The notes under the pieces are model-generated. The model ran no database searches and was not told the origin of the DNA. It saw only the letters and a list, made by a program, of their open reading frames with translations. The translations under genes were made by a program, and so were the position numbers. This document shows, one piece after another, positions 51,301 to 57,706 of a stretch of DNA of 64,000 nucleotides; position 1 is the stretch's first letter; each line of letters begins with the position of its first letter. This stretch comes from an uncultured virus (IMG/VR IMGVR_UViG_3300008267_000234) (Duplodnaviria > Heunggongvirae > Uroviricota > Caudoviricetes): the IMG/VR virus record IMGVR_UViG_3300008267_000234; one strand, given 5' to 3'.

Positions 51301-52782
51301 GCCTCTGAATTTGGATCTTATGCATTCTCTTTGGCGAAGTCAACGCTGAAAGAAAGAAGTCAGCTCTACGGAGCGCCGGATGATTTTACGAAGATCTTCG
51401 CATGGCTCAACGAGATGGATGCCCAAGCCCGAATCCATGCAAAGGATACTGCCGAGTACGAAAAGTGGAGAGGGAAGGACGGCTTGTTCTCAGACATGCC
51501 GCCAGAGCATGTCGAATTGGCGGCAGAGTATACGACCGATCTTGTTCAATCGCACTCCAAGGTCTGGGCGCACATCACCCAGTTCAAGAAAGCCGGGTTC
51601 GGGGTTCTTGCTGCTGCGTTCATTGCGGCCAAGGCTGAGTTCTATCGCAACGCATTCAACTCTTATAGGATTGCAGTCAAAGAGATGAGGTCAAAGAATG
51701 AACGCGAAAGAAACGCCGGGATAGCACGGTTTGCTTCCGCCCTTACCGCTCACTTTGTTTATGGTAATGCCATCGGATACGGATTGAAGATGATCTTGAA
51801 AGCGTTCGCTGATGACGATGAAGTGGTTGAGGATTCCATTGAGATCCGCAACGCAATCAGCGCCCTCGGACCTGAGTACGCGAAGAACAAGAATGCGACC
51901 TATGTCGTCTACAAGAATGGCACGTTCGACTGGGTTGATCTTAGCTTCTCCACTCCGTTTGCGTTTGTCTGGGAAACCATCAACGCCGGAAAGCGTGGAG
52001 TCTCAGAGGCCCAAGTCGAAGACAACATCGTTTGGGAAATGACTAAGGAGATTGTCGGGGAGAACCTCGGCAACTTCGCTTCGCCACAGATTGCGTTGGA
52101 TGCATTCGCGGTAATGCGTACCGGGTTTGATCCTATTCGCGGGGTCAAGATCTGGGACTCTCAAACAGACAACATGGGCGAAAAGCTAATGAAGTCTATG
52201 GGCTACTTCCTGAAGAAAGTCGGATCTCCGGGCGATGTGAAGAGTGTATCAAACATCGTCAACGCGGCTCGCGGGATCGAAGAGAACGGGCGACAGTACA
52301 AGCTCGGCACTGAAGTTGGGTCTGTGTTCTTGGGAACCTCTGTCAGGACATTCAAGATTGCAGACATCGTCGAGCAGAAGCTGGCGCAGGGAACCAACAG
52401 CCTGAACAACAGAATCACTCCGCTCTATAATTCCGTGCTGACGGAATCGAATGACGTGTCCATGGATGATTGTGAATCAGACACCACTGAATACTACAAG
52501 ACCGATGTAGAGGTGATGACCAAGATGCAAAAGATATGGGCGGCGGGGAATACGCTACTGGCAGATACTCCCGGCGGAAAGAAGATGCTTAGTGCTGTAA
52601 TTGGAGGCGACAAGGTAAAGATGGAGAGCAACCGGGAGCGTGCCCTCACTACCGGGAAGCGCCATCGTGTAACGCTCTCCGATTCCATGGACCGAAAGGT
52701 CAAAGGGCTTGGCGACAAGTACGACGACCCGCGCCACAAGGTCGTGAAGGATACCCTGAAGAAGCTCAACGAGAAACCGTGA
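39334..52782 (+). CDS. Giant polyvalent injected virion protein (4482 aa): ddrB-ParB-like, zincin metallopeptidase, multiple ART-like domains
   Basis: ELQPRDR...GAP...VLSGNGR (~44350-44800), ILHELVH (45961-45981), HG..F/Y..S..A..Y..GYDG modules, repeated DD.GN.IPLS.RF. Confidence 0.85.
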   Translation: METPTSTGTVTQPAPLKPWKQVAEESNIFSLPPEQRIAEYDKWSAENVAQGIKDGDFDSRGTFDQFKLFDIRTRKNLASDDIVGASDEEVFADYEAFKGAFASTQAAFSANKPTPQDEAIQGEVLQGKRKSAFLRGQMFFNPAVVNDPQKYREAILESDAPADIKMFYAGLRPEMEKSATVTRRRELANNVITRDVADKVVTAIQEGTELFGADIGTPQSPALKKNKDGIWSVVDPEYSDKETSFLGRANAKYNPLADSLYKPFAAINEYQQKYGLTDEQVQQDYMESLIENAPTSVNRWFGKATSIEEYVKQLDSTVRVKNKDVAPEVRVQDPNLFFDAEGYNAAVDKAKAPDEAKTFAKEARTQFADAVAGDIYNNLLNNRDDFREGYAKDVVDRKDMEKAITRYYKDKKDQAWYDDVGETIGQAGTALKQGGMDLMMMPSAIKGMFGDVEAAENYRYYTLAQKGEMQAEEAVANRTGGAGFIKLNNDVMRIIPDLVVQMVIAVATGGMLSGAQASLIAARTGISRAAATTALRQAAITGEKTALKSQLLRLIPEVTAKTVDDVAEEVLKASARTVSNNPFKGGIGTQRAVGSAYAGLSSASATFGQVYTDVRNMGKSPEESIATARTAGIVAGAITSGLTHSFGMLGRGGVEDFASMGRKAGEFTIKDIVNAGMLDSLKTPEGRQLIRNIAKGISKDALSEGAEEGLDQALNLISQYATNPSPEAQNRKATDIINESLYASLLGGIAGSGAASVGQARASAPGITAQQIQAEILGAQQPPVAGVPPVQPQQPPVQAPPVVPVAPVVPSANPAVQNAQAVANAAAAIPNTSQTAAALAAFANAAAFPMPEKNLPEIETPKPAPEPEVQPAEEPVAVQPEPATPEVAPANAEKTPIEPTPTPAKVEPEPTENMKTEEKPLTDDAAEAMRDIIQMKKSKGEKPNDAMVSKLAEYDAKKSGVTVEQGDIVSNIVVGHPMFEPPHPELKNLIPIKIRNKGDASGSVDRALKVKEKALKYIGGYQYNQSKAKTPAQKKQFAKDFNQQELNRQEEILGYLNNDVFPELKRIEEAAPEAKPEVARDTTKTEQMTPEKGDEVFVKGGDERITRRIDNIFTAEGKQMVLLQGLRDPMPLDEVTVDPKSDYRKRKQKKAEQKPQTVDASPQLIRQLGDFAVRDRQPINQEYINASGGVVPEGYVKQGELYVYQPEQKAEAVVEARVEPAKPAPQTQSSQKLPKELAGAKPRYGYANINTELSFASDFDKAAYIVAQEKKNRRHDDYMKWAVQSSGLTEEQVRAHGTIVRESIKASIKPYAQNKRPVPALFPVAATPVNPSAQAVKPTVKPAQRTPVQAVISKAITETLPLDLTKAKPRYAFKDKNFIVSFVSDFDKAAYIVSQPEDKQNKQHAKYLAWATSASGLTAEQVQAHGSYVRQSIKTIAQNAEGGTPSAPKSITIGKQYTKTKPAVESKPTQGTTPEKQPAQPSKKKILFRGFGRKEKGSVYSDRADGPVLGGGKYYAFNEEEASRYGPEVEQVEFDASNALVISSDKEWSDLTKKLGWRFPNPSGRSPETAKQEIKTLTNYLKAKGYTAIVVDGIKGSVGDNAKLLKNVFGTDQVFIPEGFPETPTQVKPEQKAAGQEGEVKAEAPAKGTSKPKGIQGSAFESSMPKGKERVTGQYVVIEAGDLVTSFDPGFPKELQPRDRTRAASKEQISEIAINLAPERLGDSPTVDVGAPNIDDNGAVLSGNGRVTAIRANYESGGVDYKNWITQNAERFGFNAADIAAMKNPVLVRRISDYGKLSKEEFAVQANQSQVLSMSKGEKAKADASILLANTDLFSKFRPSEDGNVLVSTNREFIAGFVQETGAMDLLAADGSWTPDLGVRIQNAVLATMLDGDAVIIQNLIEDPSGYGLKKVSSALLLNAPNLIKLFGTDWSINQPLAQAIKDFISVKNAGQKVEEFLDQSMLFADPERTAVSDILLTKLFNAKSQKELNDFLSSYVARAENSVEDQRSGGLFGGQPRTVQQIVTDLTSNEKQPAEQQQDLSFGKPQAVPAKQTNTKGQKAKTATSTPEVKAEAPDKQGDVVAFIKQENDKQKKSQASAARSKRITPGEARKKGIAIQIDRLGITSKDPASVIAALEKIAAKPSEKHHGRIAKDLLSVLEGSGVQIQLVSGNDARMAKYDSRVNGWYDPATNTAYINLDGPHELGIEETILHELVHASGEKVIQNPQTEAQKRILADLEKQMLAARKNAIALGKAKMGVDVSDLKILIDMAAAQNDYGLFDILYGVSSLSEYHAHATTSRSFQKFLATYKEGGKRSLMERFINSITSLLSGKKTADGSDAEKAYATLLDLMREGKGDVRLSNADVVQSRARGASTEQDAEYLELAKDEEKNAEALQAIVDAAAKAAGGQLVFHGGDIEGDVIDVNRRERGAESERRAGTFYASSNPDAAKTYPGKQQRLFFFLRNPFRIGTPEMRPASWTGDTAVRAGGKVISKKTSLSIGEAVDRAKQFGYDGVIYDNIVDTGRLPSQSGKPPIGSTYVAFNSEQIKSADPVTRDDAGNVIPLSQRFQPTSPDIRFSRARGTASDEDARHAALEARAKDGDAEATAEAQAIVNEAADDAAYKRSGYHGTRASWTVWDSDIAGGLINIGESKEVAERYATGAGGGRQPLNITEVEYYDGRKFTQQSYTEWTSGSESLSTEQIQKDVDDGDAVPTIPGASVKSLRFKADKILDLTTPEGIKVLAGLNYTTRLGQGVVSDAKAGKFYWDRTKNEYALKTWKNELIPQLKELGYDSVRFKDDTHNTIAVFSPEQIKSADPFTYDEAGNLIPLSQRFQPESPDIRFSRARSIVSDTVTKFAPEFNVVDDKDGPAVFFDGRNVTVNPDALENLDEYEVKDLSERAVVAAKAAPKDPIAASIIQQTDGYSAYNFDSATRKEIRKSLAKAHAVATENGMAPLAMDLGAKLFEYGGATDADVRKSMARGIPSDEEYLATVEAGDMEKAQQMVNDFIGEPNSGMTRLWRSDAAKVGTPVPNWMESTEELQGIKDASGRWFYKTKEEAERHMADFEGESLSFVDVPSESVESFNAKDNPFAGGYGKQGFEYFVPRQIAEARVSTAPVVRDDAGNVIPLSERFPGAAMPQSRARGVDLVAYVPRNRSGPRLAVEKLFAGFRSRGMVTEDAYNAFRDFEAFKKETESFIAFIAKDFTNVTNKLFGDGADNWLNYRVFSRDANGNVTVSKTGFKTAKDADNFAATNRYKDYIVSTGEELMNKALGSNGPTLREDVRDRIDQLTKKGLDDIAKSIEAYKDEYLNYWNLVMMQPQPGMIDPDQIATLRERKEQWMKALQLRAAEQRQLVDDARKEAVRVALEDGANHIIAQQKFAKTYLPDELVYQIERTRDKIDEFSTRLTKIGWLMEGSELQMVIDGRMGVYVTRSYEAFETQDRANYVAFLDEAYRALYNPEQEYNKLAMERIMPMVRHIKAGITERRIQDLKRENEQRQLDEIMADLMADPRQVTQVDRIPGQPIEGTEYEQLLRAVARRELLLRRLKEKEDFIAKAVTSLGKSTFASNIGNARNRMRAIKKEAKRLYRERFAEQVEVANIMGAPNALRWTLMTEDEAHDIANVERSLSESPGNIAGSKIWTASISGRKHSTFHSAVSDDFRSNLDTITNSTASQTGFKGTGAGDWRSINDKILEYKENVPAFRRLFLGEINNPLMRVSETLTKQASLIAAGELYQNLADIGMKQGWLVEKELADTDTTKYAGWTSILTSSDNDQGYKDNPLKDLVADPVMVEAIRKLLSTNQPSNSAFKAISFTVGLVLFNLTAGSFKSIQRNLSSFIPFLLNTGLIGAMINPRRWSVVTSNFVLASKMVEQSMASSAGVSSGKDISNPILKRLDKGVRIFLSGIAALRLSGLAVKGVSTSAGFVFRTKQKPTNEQFQETYQRAVGLGVANDNVDKEAMSKMLNLEETLNRKPKDKKLGKLGKVLMLNEASEFGSYAFSLAKSTLKERSQLYGAPDDFTKIFAWLNEMDAQARIHAKDTAEYEKWRGKDGLFSDMPPEHVELAAEYTTDLVQSHSKVWAHITQFKKAGFGVLAAAFIAAKAEFYRNAFNSYRIAVKEMRSKNERERNAGIARFASALTAHFVYGNAIGYGLKMILKAFADDDEVVEDSIEIRNAISALGPEYAKNKNATYVVYKNGTFDWVDLSFSTPFAFVWETINAGKRGVSEAQVEDNIVWEMTKEIVGENLGNFASPQIALDAFAVMRTGFDPIRGVKIWDSQTDNMGEKLMKSMGYFLKKVGSPGDVKSVSNIVNAARGIEENGRQYKLGTEVGSVFLGTSVRTFKIADIVEQKLAQGTNSLNNRITPLYNSVLTESNDVSMDDCESDTTEYYKTDVEVMTKMQKIWAAGNTLLADTPGGKKMLSAVIGGDKVKMESNRERALTTGKRHRVTLSDSMDRKVKGLGDKYDDPRHKVVKDTLKKLNEKP

Positions 52783-52826
52783 ATGCGTATTTGTGAATTA
52801 GATCACACATGCGAACCTCGGGGACT

Positions 52827-53003
52827 ATGCATATCCAAGAACTGATTCAAGAACTTGCGGCAGTTAAGGAAGAACACGGAAACCTTCCTGTGACTGTTTG
52901 TAATACGCACCCCGGTCAAGACCCATTTGAGCCTGTTGTTGCAGTTGGATTCACCGGGAAAACTCCAACCCACGTTGAGATTCTTGATAAGAAACTCCTA
53001 TGA
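52827..53003 (+). CDS. Hypothetical protein (58 aa)
   Basis: M.I.ELI.EL....HGNLPV pattern. Confidence 0.6.
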   Translation: MHIQELIQELAAVKEEHGNLPVTVCNTHPGQDPFEPVVAVGFTGKTPTHVEILDKKLL

Positions 53004-53305
53004 AAACCATCCGCGTCCGAATCCGCAAACGCTACCTCTCTGAAACCATGCGAAAAAATATGATCGAAATTACCGCTGGGTCCATTGGGCTTCTGATCGC
53101 CACCATTTCTATGTCGTCCTGTGCAATGCAGAATCTTGGCAGCTTGGAGGGGACGTATCGACTCCCATCCGGCAAGGGTGTGGTGACGATCAACATCCCG
53201 CTCAGCCGGGTTCCGTTGCTGCGGCCAAAGCTACCGGAGCCTCCGGTGATTCCGCCGTATGTTGAGGAGCCAGGTGCCGATCTTTTTCCTACTCTTGAGA
53301 AATGA
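53000..53305 (+). CDS. Putative lipoprotein, Pro-rich (spanin-like?)
   Basis: Hydrophobic stretch ending MSSC; Pro-rich tail. Confidence 0.45.
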   Translation: MKTIRVRIRKRYLSETMRKNMIEITAGSIGLLIATISMSSCAMQNLGSLEGTYRLPSGKGVVTINIPLSRVPLLRPKLPEPPVIPPYVEEPGADLFPTLEK

Positions 53306-53589
53306 TCGACGCACTCATTATCTCCGTCGCCGCCACTTACGCGACAATGCTTTGGCTTGCATACACGCTCGCCAAAGAACTTCGCCGCAAGCAGGATGAG
53401 ATCAACATTCTCGCGCAGACTCTCAGGAAATGGGAGGACGAACTTTCAACCGAGATGCCGCCCGAGTTCAAGGACTGGTGGCAGAATGATCGCGCCGAGT
53501 GGCCAATGGTTGCTTCCGCGCTAATCCGATCCCTGAAAGCAGACAACGAACGCGCCTGGGATATGGCGCTCAAAAATAAACGACCATGA
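53302..53589 (+). CDS. Single-TM coiled-coil protein
   Basis: N-terminal TM helix; coupled ORF. Confidence 0.6.
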   Translation: MIDALIISVAATYATMLWLAYTLAKELRRKQDEINILAQTLRKWEDELSTEMPPEFKDWWQNDRAEWPMVASALIRSLKADNERAWDMALKNKRP

Positions 53590-53798
53590 CGCACATCTAC
53601 CGAGTCTTCACCCGCCAAGGATACGTCAAGCTCCTCAACGCGGACCCGTATTGTAAAGAGCCGATCCCTCTTCCATCTGAAGGCTGGGAGTACGTTCGCG
53701 ACATCGACGCCGTAGAGTTCATCGAAAACATGGCGAATGGATACCGGGATCCATCTGATCTCTTGGACGAACTTCAATTTACACCAGAAACAGCATGA
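53586..53798 (+). CDS. Hypothetical protein (70 aa)
   Basis: Coupled ORF. Confidence 0.65.
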   Translation: MTHIYRVFTRQGYVKLLNADPYCKEPIPLPSEGWEYVRDIDAVEFIENMANGYRDPSDLLDELQFTPETA

Positions 53799-54229
53799 GT
53801 GAACCACAAATCATAAACCCCACCACCGAGACATCATCTACGGCAAGTCATCGCGATGAACCACTACGGATGTTCCATTCCCCATACGGGCATTCGGACG
53901 AGGAGAACTTCGTCTTCTTCTTCAATCGCCTTCAAGCCAAAGCGCACGTAAACGCCGTCGCCAAGGGTTTCTGGGAAACTGAGCGTTCCGATGGAGAGTC
54001 CATTGCGCTGATGCACTCAGAACTCTCTGAGGCACTGGAAGCCTTACGCCACGGCAATCCTCCAGACGACAAGGTTCCCCAGCACTCAGGGGCAGCAGCA
54101 GAGCTTGGCGATACCATCATCCGTATCATGGACCTCGCCGGGAAACGCGGCTGGAACGTGGCGCAGGCGATGATCGACAAGATGGAATTCAACGCCCAGC
54201 GGGCATACAAACACGGGAAGGAATTTTGA
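53795..54229 (+). CDS. MazG-like nucleotide pyrophosphohydrolase
   Basis: IALMHSELSEALEA...ELGDTIIRI.D...KM..N..R.YKHGK. Confidence 0.85.
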   Translation: MSEPQIINPTTETSSTASHRDEPLRMFHSPYGHSDEENFVFFFNRLQAKAHVNAVAKGFWETERSDGESIALMHSELSEALEALRHGNPPDDKVPQHSGAAAELGDTIIRIMDLAGKRGWNVAQAMIDKMEFNAQRAYKHGKEF

Positions 54230-54231
54230 TT

Positions 54232-54744
54232 ATGACCATCCAATACCCCATCACTCCCGGCGAGGACTCCGTCGCCATGGCGCTCGTCACCGCAGCCATC
54301 CAAGCTGCCGCTCAGTACGTCTCGGTCAGGCACCAGATCCCGATCAACAATGTCCTGGCTGGCATGAGCGTGTCCGCAAACCTGCTGCCGCCCATCAACA
54401 TGGCGCTCCAGTCATTTCAGGAGAAGCAGTTGGCTCAACAGATCGCTGCCGCTACGCCTGCTCCAGCACCTCCTCCGCAGCCGCCAAGTCCTCCGAGGCA
54501 GGCACCGAAACCGCAGCCCGTGGTTGTGCCTCAGCAGATCGTGGAGCCACCACCACCGAACTCTCCGGCCTACGCGATCTACGCAGCCAGAGCTTTGTCG
54601 CAAGACCGTCCGGCACCGATCCCATCTGCGCTTGTGGATCTCCCAAAAGTTGAGCCTGTGCCTGTTGCGGAAGCGCCACTGAAGGTACTGCCGGAAGTTC
54701 CGCTCAAAAAAAAGCCCGGTCGTCCGAAGAAAGTCACTGAGTAA
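54232..54744 (+). CDS. Pro-rich protein with C-terminal AT-hook-like KPGRPKK
   Basis: Low-complexity ORF, last of plus-strand block. Confidence 0.65.
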   Translation: MTIQYPITPGEDSVAMALVTAAIQAAAQYVSVRHQIPINNVLAGMSVSANLLPPINMALQSFQEKQLAQQIAAATPAPAPPPQPPSPPRQAPKPQPVVVPQQIVEPPPPNSPAYAIYAARALSQDRPAPIPSALVDLPKVEPVPVAEAPLKVLPEVPLKKKPGRPKKVTE

Positions 54745-54768
54745 TTCTCCTCCACCAACCCGACCAGA

Positions 54769-54804
54769 GGAAGCCTGTTGATTTAGTTCAGCAGGCTTTC
54801 TTTT
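54769..54804. terminator. Terminator at convergence of the two transcription blocks
   Basis: AAGCCTGTTGA...TCAGCAGGCTTTCTTTT. Confidence 0.75.
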
Positions 54805-54819
54805 GCGTATATAGTACAA

Positions 54820-55222
54820 CAGGAATCCAGAAGCGAGGAGCCAGAGCAGACAGAACATCGCCCCTGCCTATCGGCATTGGGATGATGTACTGGTACAAGC
54901 AGAGATCCAAGAAGGAGTCACCGTCGCTTTCGCAGGTGCTGAATTGGGAGGTGTCAAACTCACAGACTTGCGGGAACACTCGGCAATCTATCATTGCCTC
55001 CAAACCGCAATACGCACATCGTCCTTGGCTTTCAGGCCAATGTTTTGGGATTCGTCTGTTCCATCACTCCAGAGGGCGAGTTCTGGCGGAATGGATTCGG
55101 AGAGTGCTGGACCGTTACCGTGTCCTCCGGGTTCCCGTCTGGCTCGGGTTCTATTGCTGCCAGATGACTAAAGACTCTGGGGTGCCTTGTTCCCGCCACG
55201 CGTTTGACGGTATCAACAGAAA
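54820..55222 (-). ncRNA. Putative large structured ncRNA, copy 2
   Basis: Homologous to 19908-20290; identical core at 54944-54963; covarying helices; GAAA tetraloop on minus strand. Confidence 0.75.
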
Positions 55223-55223
55223 C

Positions 55224-55342
55224 AAAAAAGCCCCAACGACTCGCCTTCGTTGAGGATTTTCTGGTGGAGTGATCCACTTAATAAATTGCGACGATGGCGA
55301 GTCGGTCTTCCGAAGACTTAGCCAGCCGCCCATTGTTTGCAA
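55224..55342 (-). promoter_or_regulatory. Promoter plus attenuator-type leader upstream of ncRNA copy 2
   Basis: TTGCAA -35; CGACTCGCC (55296-55304) complementary to GGCGAGTCG (55237-55245) within a terminator hairpin with U-tract. Confidence 0.65.
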
Positions 55343-55345
55343 GCC

Positions 55346-55594
55346 CTATTTCTCAGGTTCCTCCGGGGGGTTTCTGTGTGGTTTTACCCGAATACTAATG
55401 TGGGAACAGGCACTGAAGTACACTTCCTCCAGCTCCTTGTTGTCCAGCCGCGCCAGCCGGACTGTGTCAACCGTGGTGCCAATCTGATCCGCGACAACAA
55501 CTCCCTTCCAGATCGGGCGAGCGTACTCAACCCGCAGGACAACTCCAGCTTCAGGCTTCCCCTCCCTGTGTCTGCGGATGATTGTGTCTTTCAT
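55346..55594 (-). CDS. Hypothetical protein (82 aa)
   Basis: ATGA-coupled ORF. Confidence 0.65.
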   Translation of the reverse strand: MKDTIIRRHREGKPEAGVVLRVEYARPIWKGVVVADQIGTTVDTVRLARLDNKELEEVYFSACSHISIRVKPHRNPPEEPEK

Positions 55595-56076
55595 GGCCAA
55601 GAAGTCTCGCCATCCCGCTCGTCCAGCAGCTTCTCCATGTTGGTTTTTAAGCCAGCCTGCTTGAGAACTTCTCTGACGATCCCGTCTTCTGGAAAGCCAG
55701 CAGCGGTAAGTTCATCACCGGACAGCTTGGAGAGATCGACGTGGACCGTATCATCCTCGGCATCCACATAATCCGGGTTGGGATACAGAAAACGAACGGT
55801 TGCCGCATTTTTGGCGCACTGCCTGTTCCGCTCCGCGATCTGCTCCTGCGTGGGTCCAGCGTAGGTTGCCTCAACTGCACGCTCCCGCTGAATCTCCAGC
55901 CATCGCTCCATGGTAGTAATGACCTCCTTGGCATCCTCCTCGGCAGACTTGTGCTTCCGACCGCAGCGCAGGATCTTCTTCAACGCCTGCCCGAGAATCG
56001 GGTCCAGCCCGTACTCAATGGCGATACGGTACGGGTCCGCTACGACGCCGCCGATCTTGATCTTGTATGGGTCCAT
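55591..56076 (-). CDS. DUF3310-like N-terminal domain protein
   Basis: DPY.I...YGL....QA.KK.LR.G.K...ED..E pattern. Confidence 0.6.
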   Translation of the reverse strand: MDPYKIKIGGVVADPYRIAIEYGLDPILGQALKKILRCGRKHKSAEEDAKEVITTMERWLEIQRERAVEATYAGPTQEQIAERNRQCAKNAATVRFLYPNPDYVDAEDDTVHVDLSKLSGDELTAAGFPEDGIVREVLKQAGLKTNMEKLLDERDGETSWP

Positions 56077-56078
56077 GG

Positions 56079-56407
56079 TCAGAAATCAATACCGTCTTCG
56101 TCCTGCCGTGCGCTTGGTCGCCAGTCCTTCGGCGCTCCGGTTTCCTTGGGCTTCGGACGACCGCCGGAACCGATCTGCACGATCTTCCATGCCGTCAGAT
56201 TATTGTAGACACTGCCGGACTTGGCCCGGTTGCCGCGAATGTTGAAGTGAACATCGACTTCATCCCCGACCTCGTAAGCATCCAGAGTGTCCACGTTTTT
56301 CTGGGTCATCTCCAGCTTGATCTCTTGAAGTTCCCGACATAGGCAATGTCTTTGATTTCGGAGATTGTACCCCGGACGGTATAGGCTAGTTGTTTTTCTT
56401 GGCTCAT
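56079..56407 (-). pseudogene. DUF3127-like OB-fold ssDNA-binding protein, frame-broken near 56325
   Basis: N-part MSQEKQLAYTVRGTISEI...GNFK in one frame; QEIKLEMTQ...GDEV.V.FNIRG...YNNL.AWKI and acidic DGIDF tail in another. Confidence 0.75.
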
Positions 56408-56715
56408 TGTAGTTGGAAAGTAGCGCAGTGTTTTTTCATCAAGCAGAATTGGCAGTGACCGCCGAGTGTACCTTCTGGCATGTCATCAAAATGTCCATTC
56501 CAATCGCGGGCAATCTGCTTCGCTTCGGACAAGGCTCCTGTGATCTTCAGTGCCAGATCGGACGGAGGATTACTCCCCTCGGAAAGCTCAGTGATAGACT
56601 CTTCGACTTCGCTCCACCGTTCGACGGCATTCGACAGACGTATCACACTGTCGTCCAGTACGACGGAGAGCCTGCATTGGAGCAGGGCGCGGAGGAGATC
56701 GGTCAAGGTTCTCAT
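56404..56715 (-). CDS. Protein ending in a Cas4/PD-(D/E)XK-like G.HC.FC.....C tail
   Basis: Only the C-terminal Cys motif is recognisable. Confidence 0.55.
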   Translation of the reverse strand: MRTLTDLLRALLQCRLSVVLDDSVIRLSNAVERWSEVEESITELSEGSNPPSDLALKITGALSEAKQIARDWNGHFDDMPEGTLGGHCQFCLMKKHCATFQLQ

Positions 56716-57125
56716 TGATTGTTCAACGCCTCGGCAAACATGAGGGCGTGCTTGAAAGTGAATAGAGTGAGAATAAAGAGGATCGCCAAACAGACGTACA
56801 GGTATGGCTTACCGGGAATCTCTTCTTCTTCTTTCCTTGGAGCCACAAGTTCAGGCTCAAGGATCGCCCTGCCGTCGATAAAGAACGTGCGGGATTCATT
56901 TTGCGACATGTACTCAACAAGGAGGTCGCGCTCTGATCCAAGCGGGATTCCGTACAGCATGTAGTGATCCCGAACGATGTCGATGGCATCCCGAACTGTC
57001 ACAAGCACCGTCTTGTTTGCCAGCCTTTCTTCCAAAGCGGAGTCCATGGCAGGGAACGGTTCGACATGAACAAGCAGAAGCTGCCTGTTTTCAAGAAGGT
57101 AATCAATGTCGTCGTTCCCTGCCAT
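56712..57125 (-). CDS. Hypothetical protein with C-terminal TM helix (137 aa)
   Basis: Start moved to ATG 57125. Confidence 0.65.
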   Translation of the reverse strand: MAGNDDIDYLLENRQLLLVHVEPFPAMDSALEERLANKTVLVTVRDAIDIVRDHYMLYGIPLGSERDLLVEYMSQNESRTFFIDGRAILEPELVAPRKEEEEIPGKPYLYVCLAILFILTLFTFKHALMFAEALNNQ

Positions 57126-57148
57126 ATCCGGTGGTTCGGGTGGGTGGA

Positions 57149-57487
57149 TTACGGTTGAACCGGGGTGCCGCCTTCTTCGGTGCCAGTCACTGGATCGCCG
57201 CCTTGTTCTCCAGTAATCGGGGTGCCGCCACTTTCTTGGATGACTTCCGGCTGCGGAGGTCCGGGTAGCGTGTCGATATGCTCCGAGTTTTCCAGAGAAA
57301 GGAAGATGTCCGACATGCTCACCCCGAGGATTCCCGCCGCGTATTGCAGCTTCCGGACAGTTGGGTTCGCGTAGCTGGAAAGTGCGCCGCCTTTCTTTTC
57401 GGTTTTTACCGCCCAGTTGACACCCTTCGTCTTGGCGATTTGCCGAAGAACTCCAGAGATGGTAGATAGATCGTAAGTCTTGCTCAT
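57149..57487 (-). CDS. XRE-like HTH regulator with acidic G/P-rich tail
   Basis: ANPTVRKLQYAAGILGVSMSDIF; TTGACT promoter with perfect operator at 57526-57539. Confidence 0.7.
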   Translation of the reverse strand: MSKTYDLSTISGVLRQIAKTKGVNWAVKTEKKGGALSSYANPTVRKLQYAAGILGVSMSDIFLSLENSEHIDTLPGPPQPEVIQESGGTPITGEQGGDPVTGTEEGGTPVQP

Positions 57488-57706
57488 GTGTGCCTTTCGA
57501 TACGGCTGGCTGATATGTAGTCAACTACGCATGTGCGTATTAAGCGGGATCTTCTTTCTTGTCCTTGTCTGCACAGCCGTCACAGGCAAAGACAAGTCGC
57601 CCAAGAACGAACGCAACGTCAACGACATCCCCGCAGCCGGGGCATGGTCTTGCTTCGACTGGAGCAATCATCTTTCGGATACGCTCTGAGATTGTGGTGT
57701 GGTCCA

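Noticed and set aside
56712..57524. 270-aa ORF as listed in the track
   Set aside because: The N-terminal half overlaps the HTH gene in another frame; the plausible start is ATG 57125.
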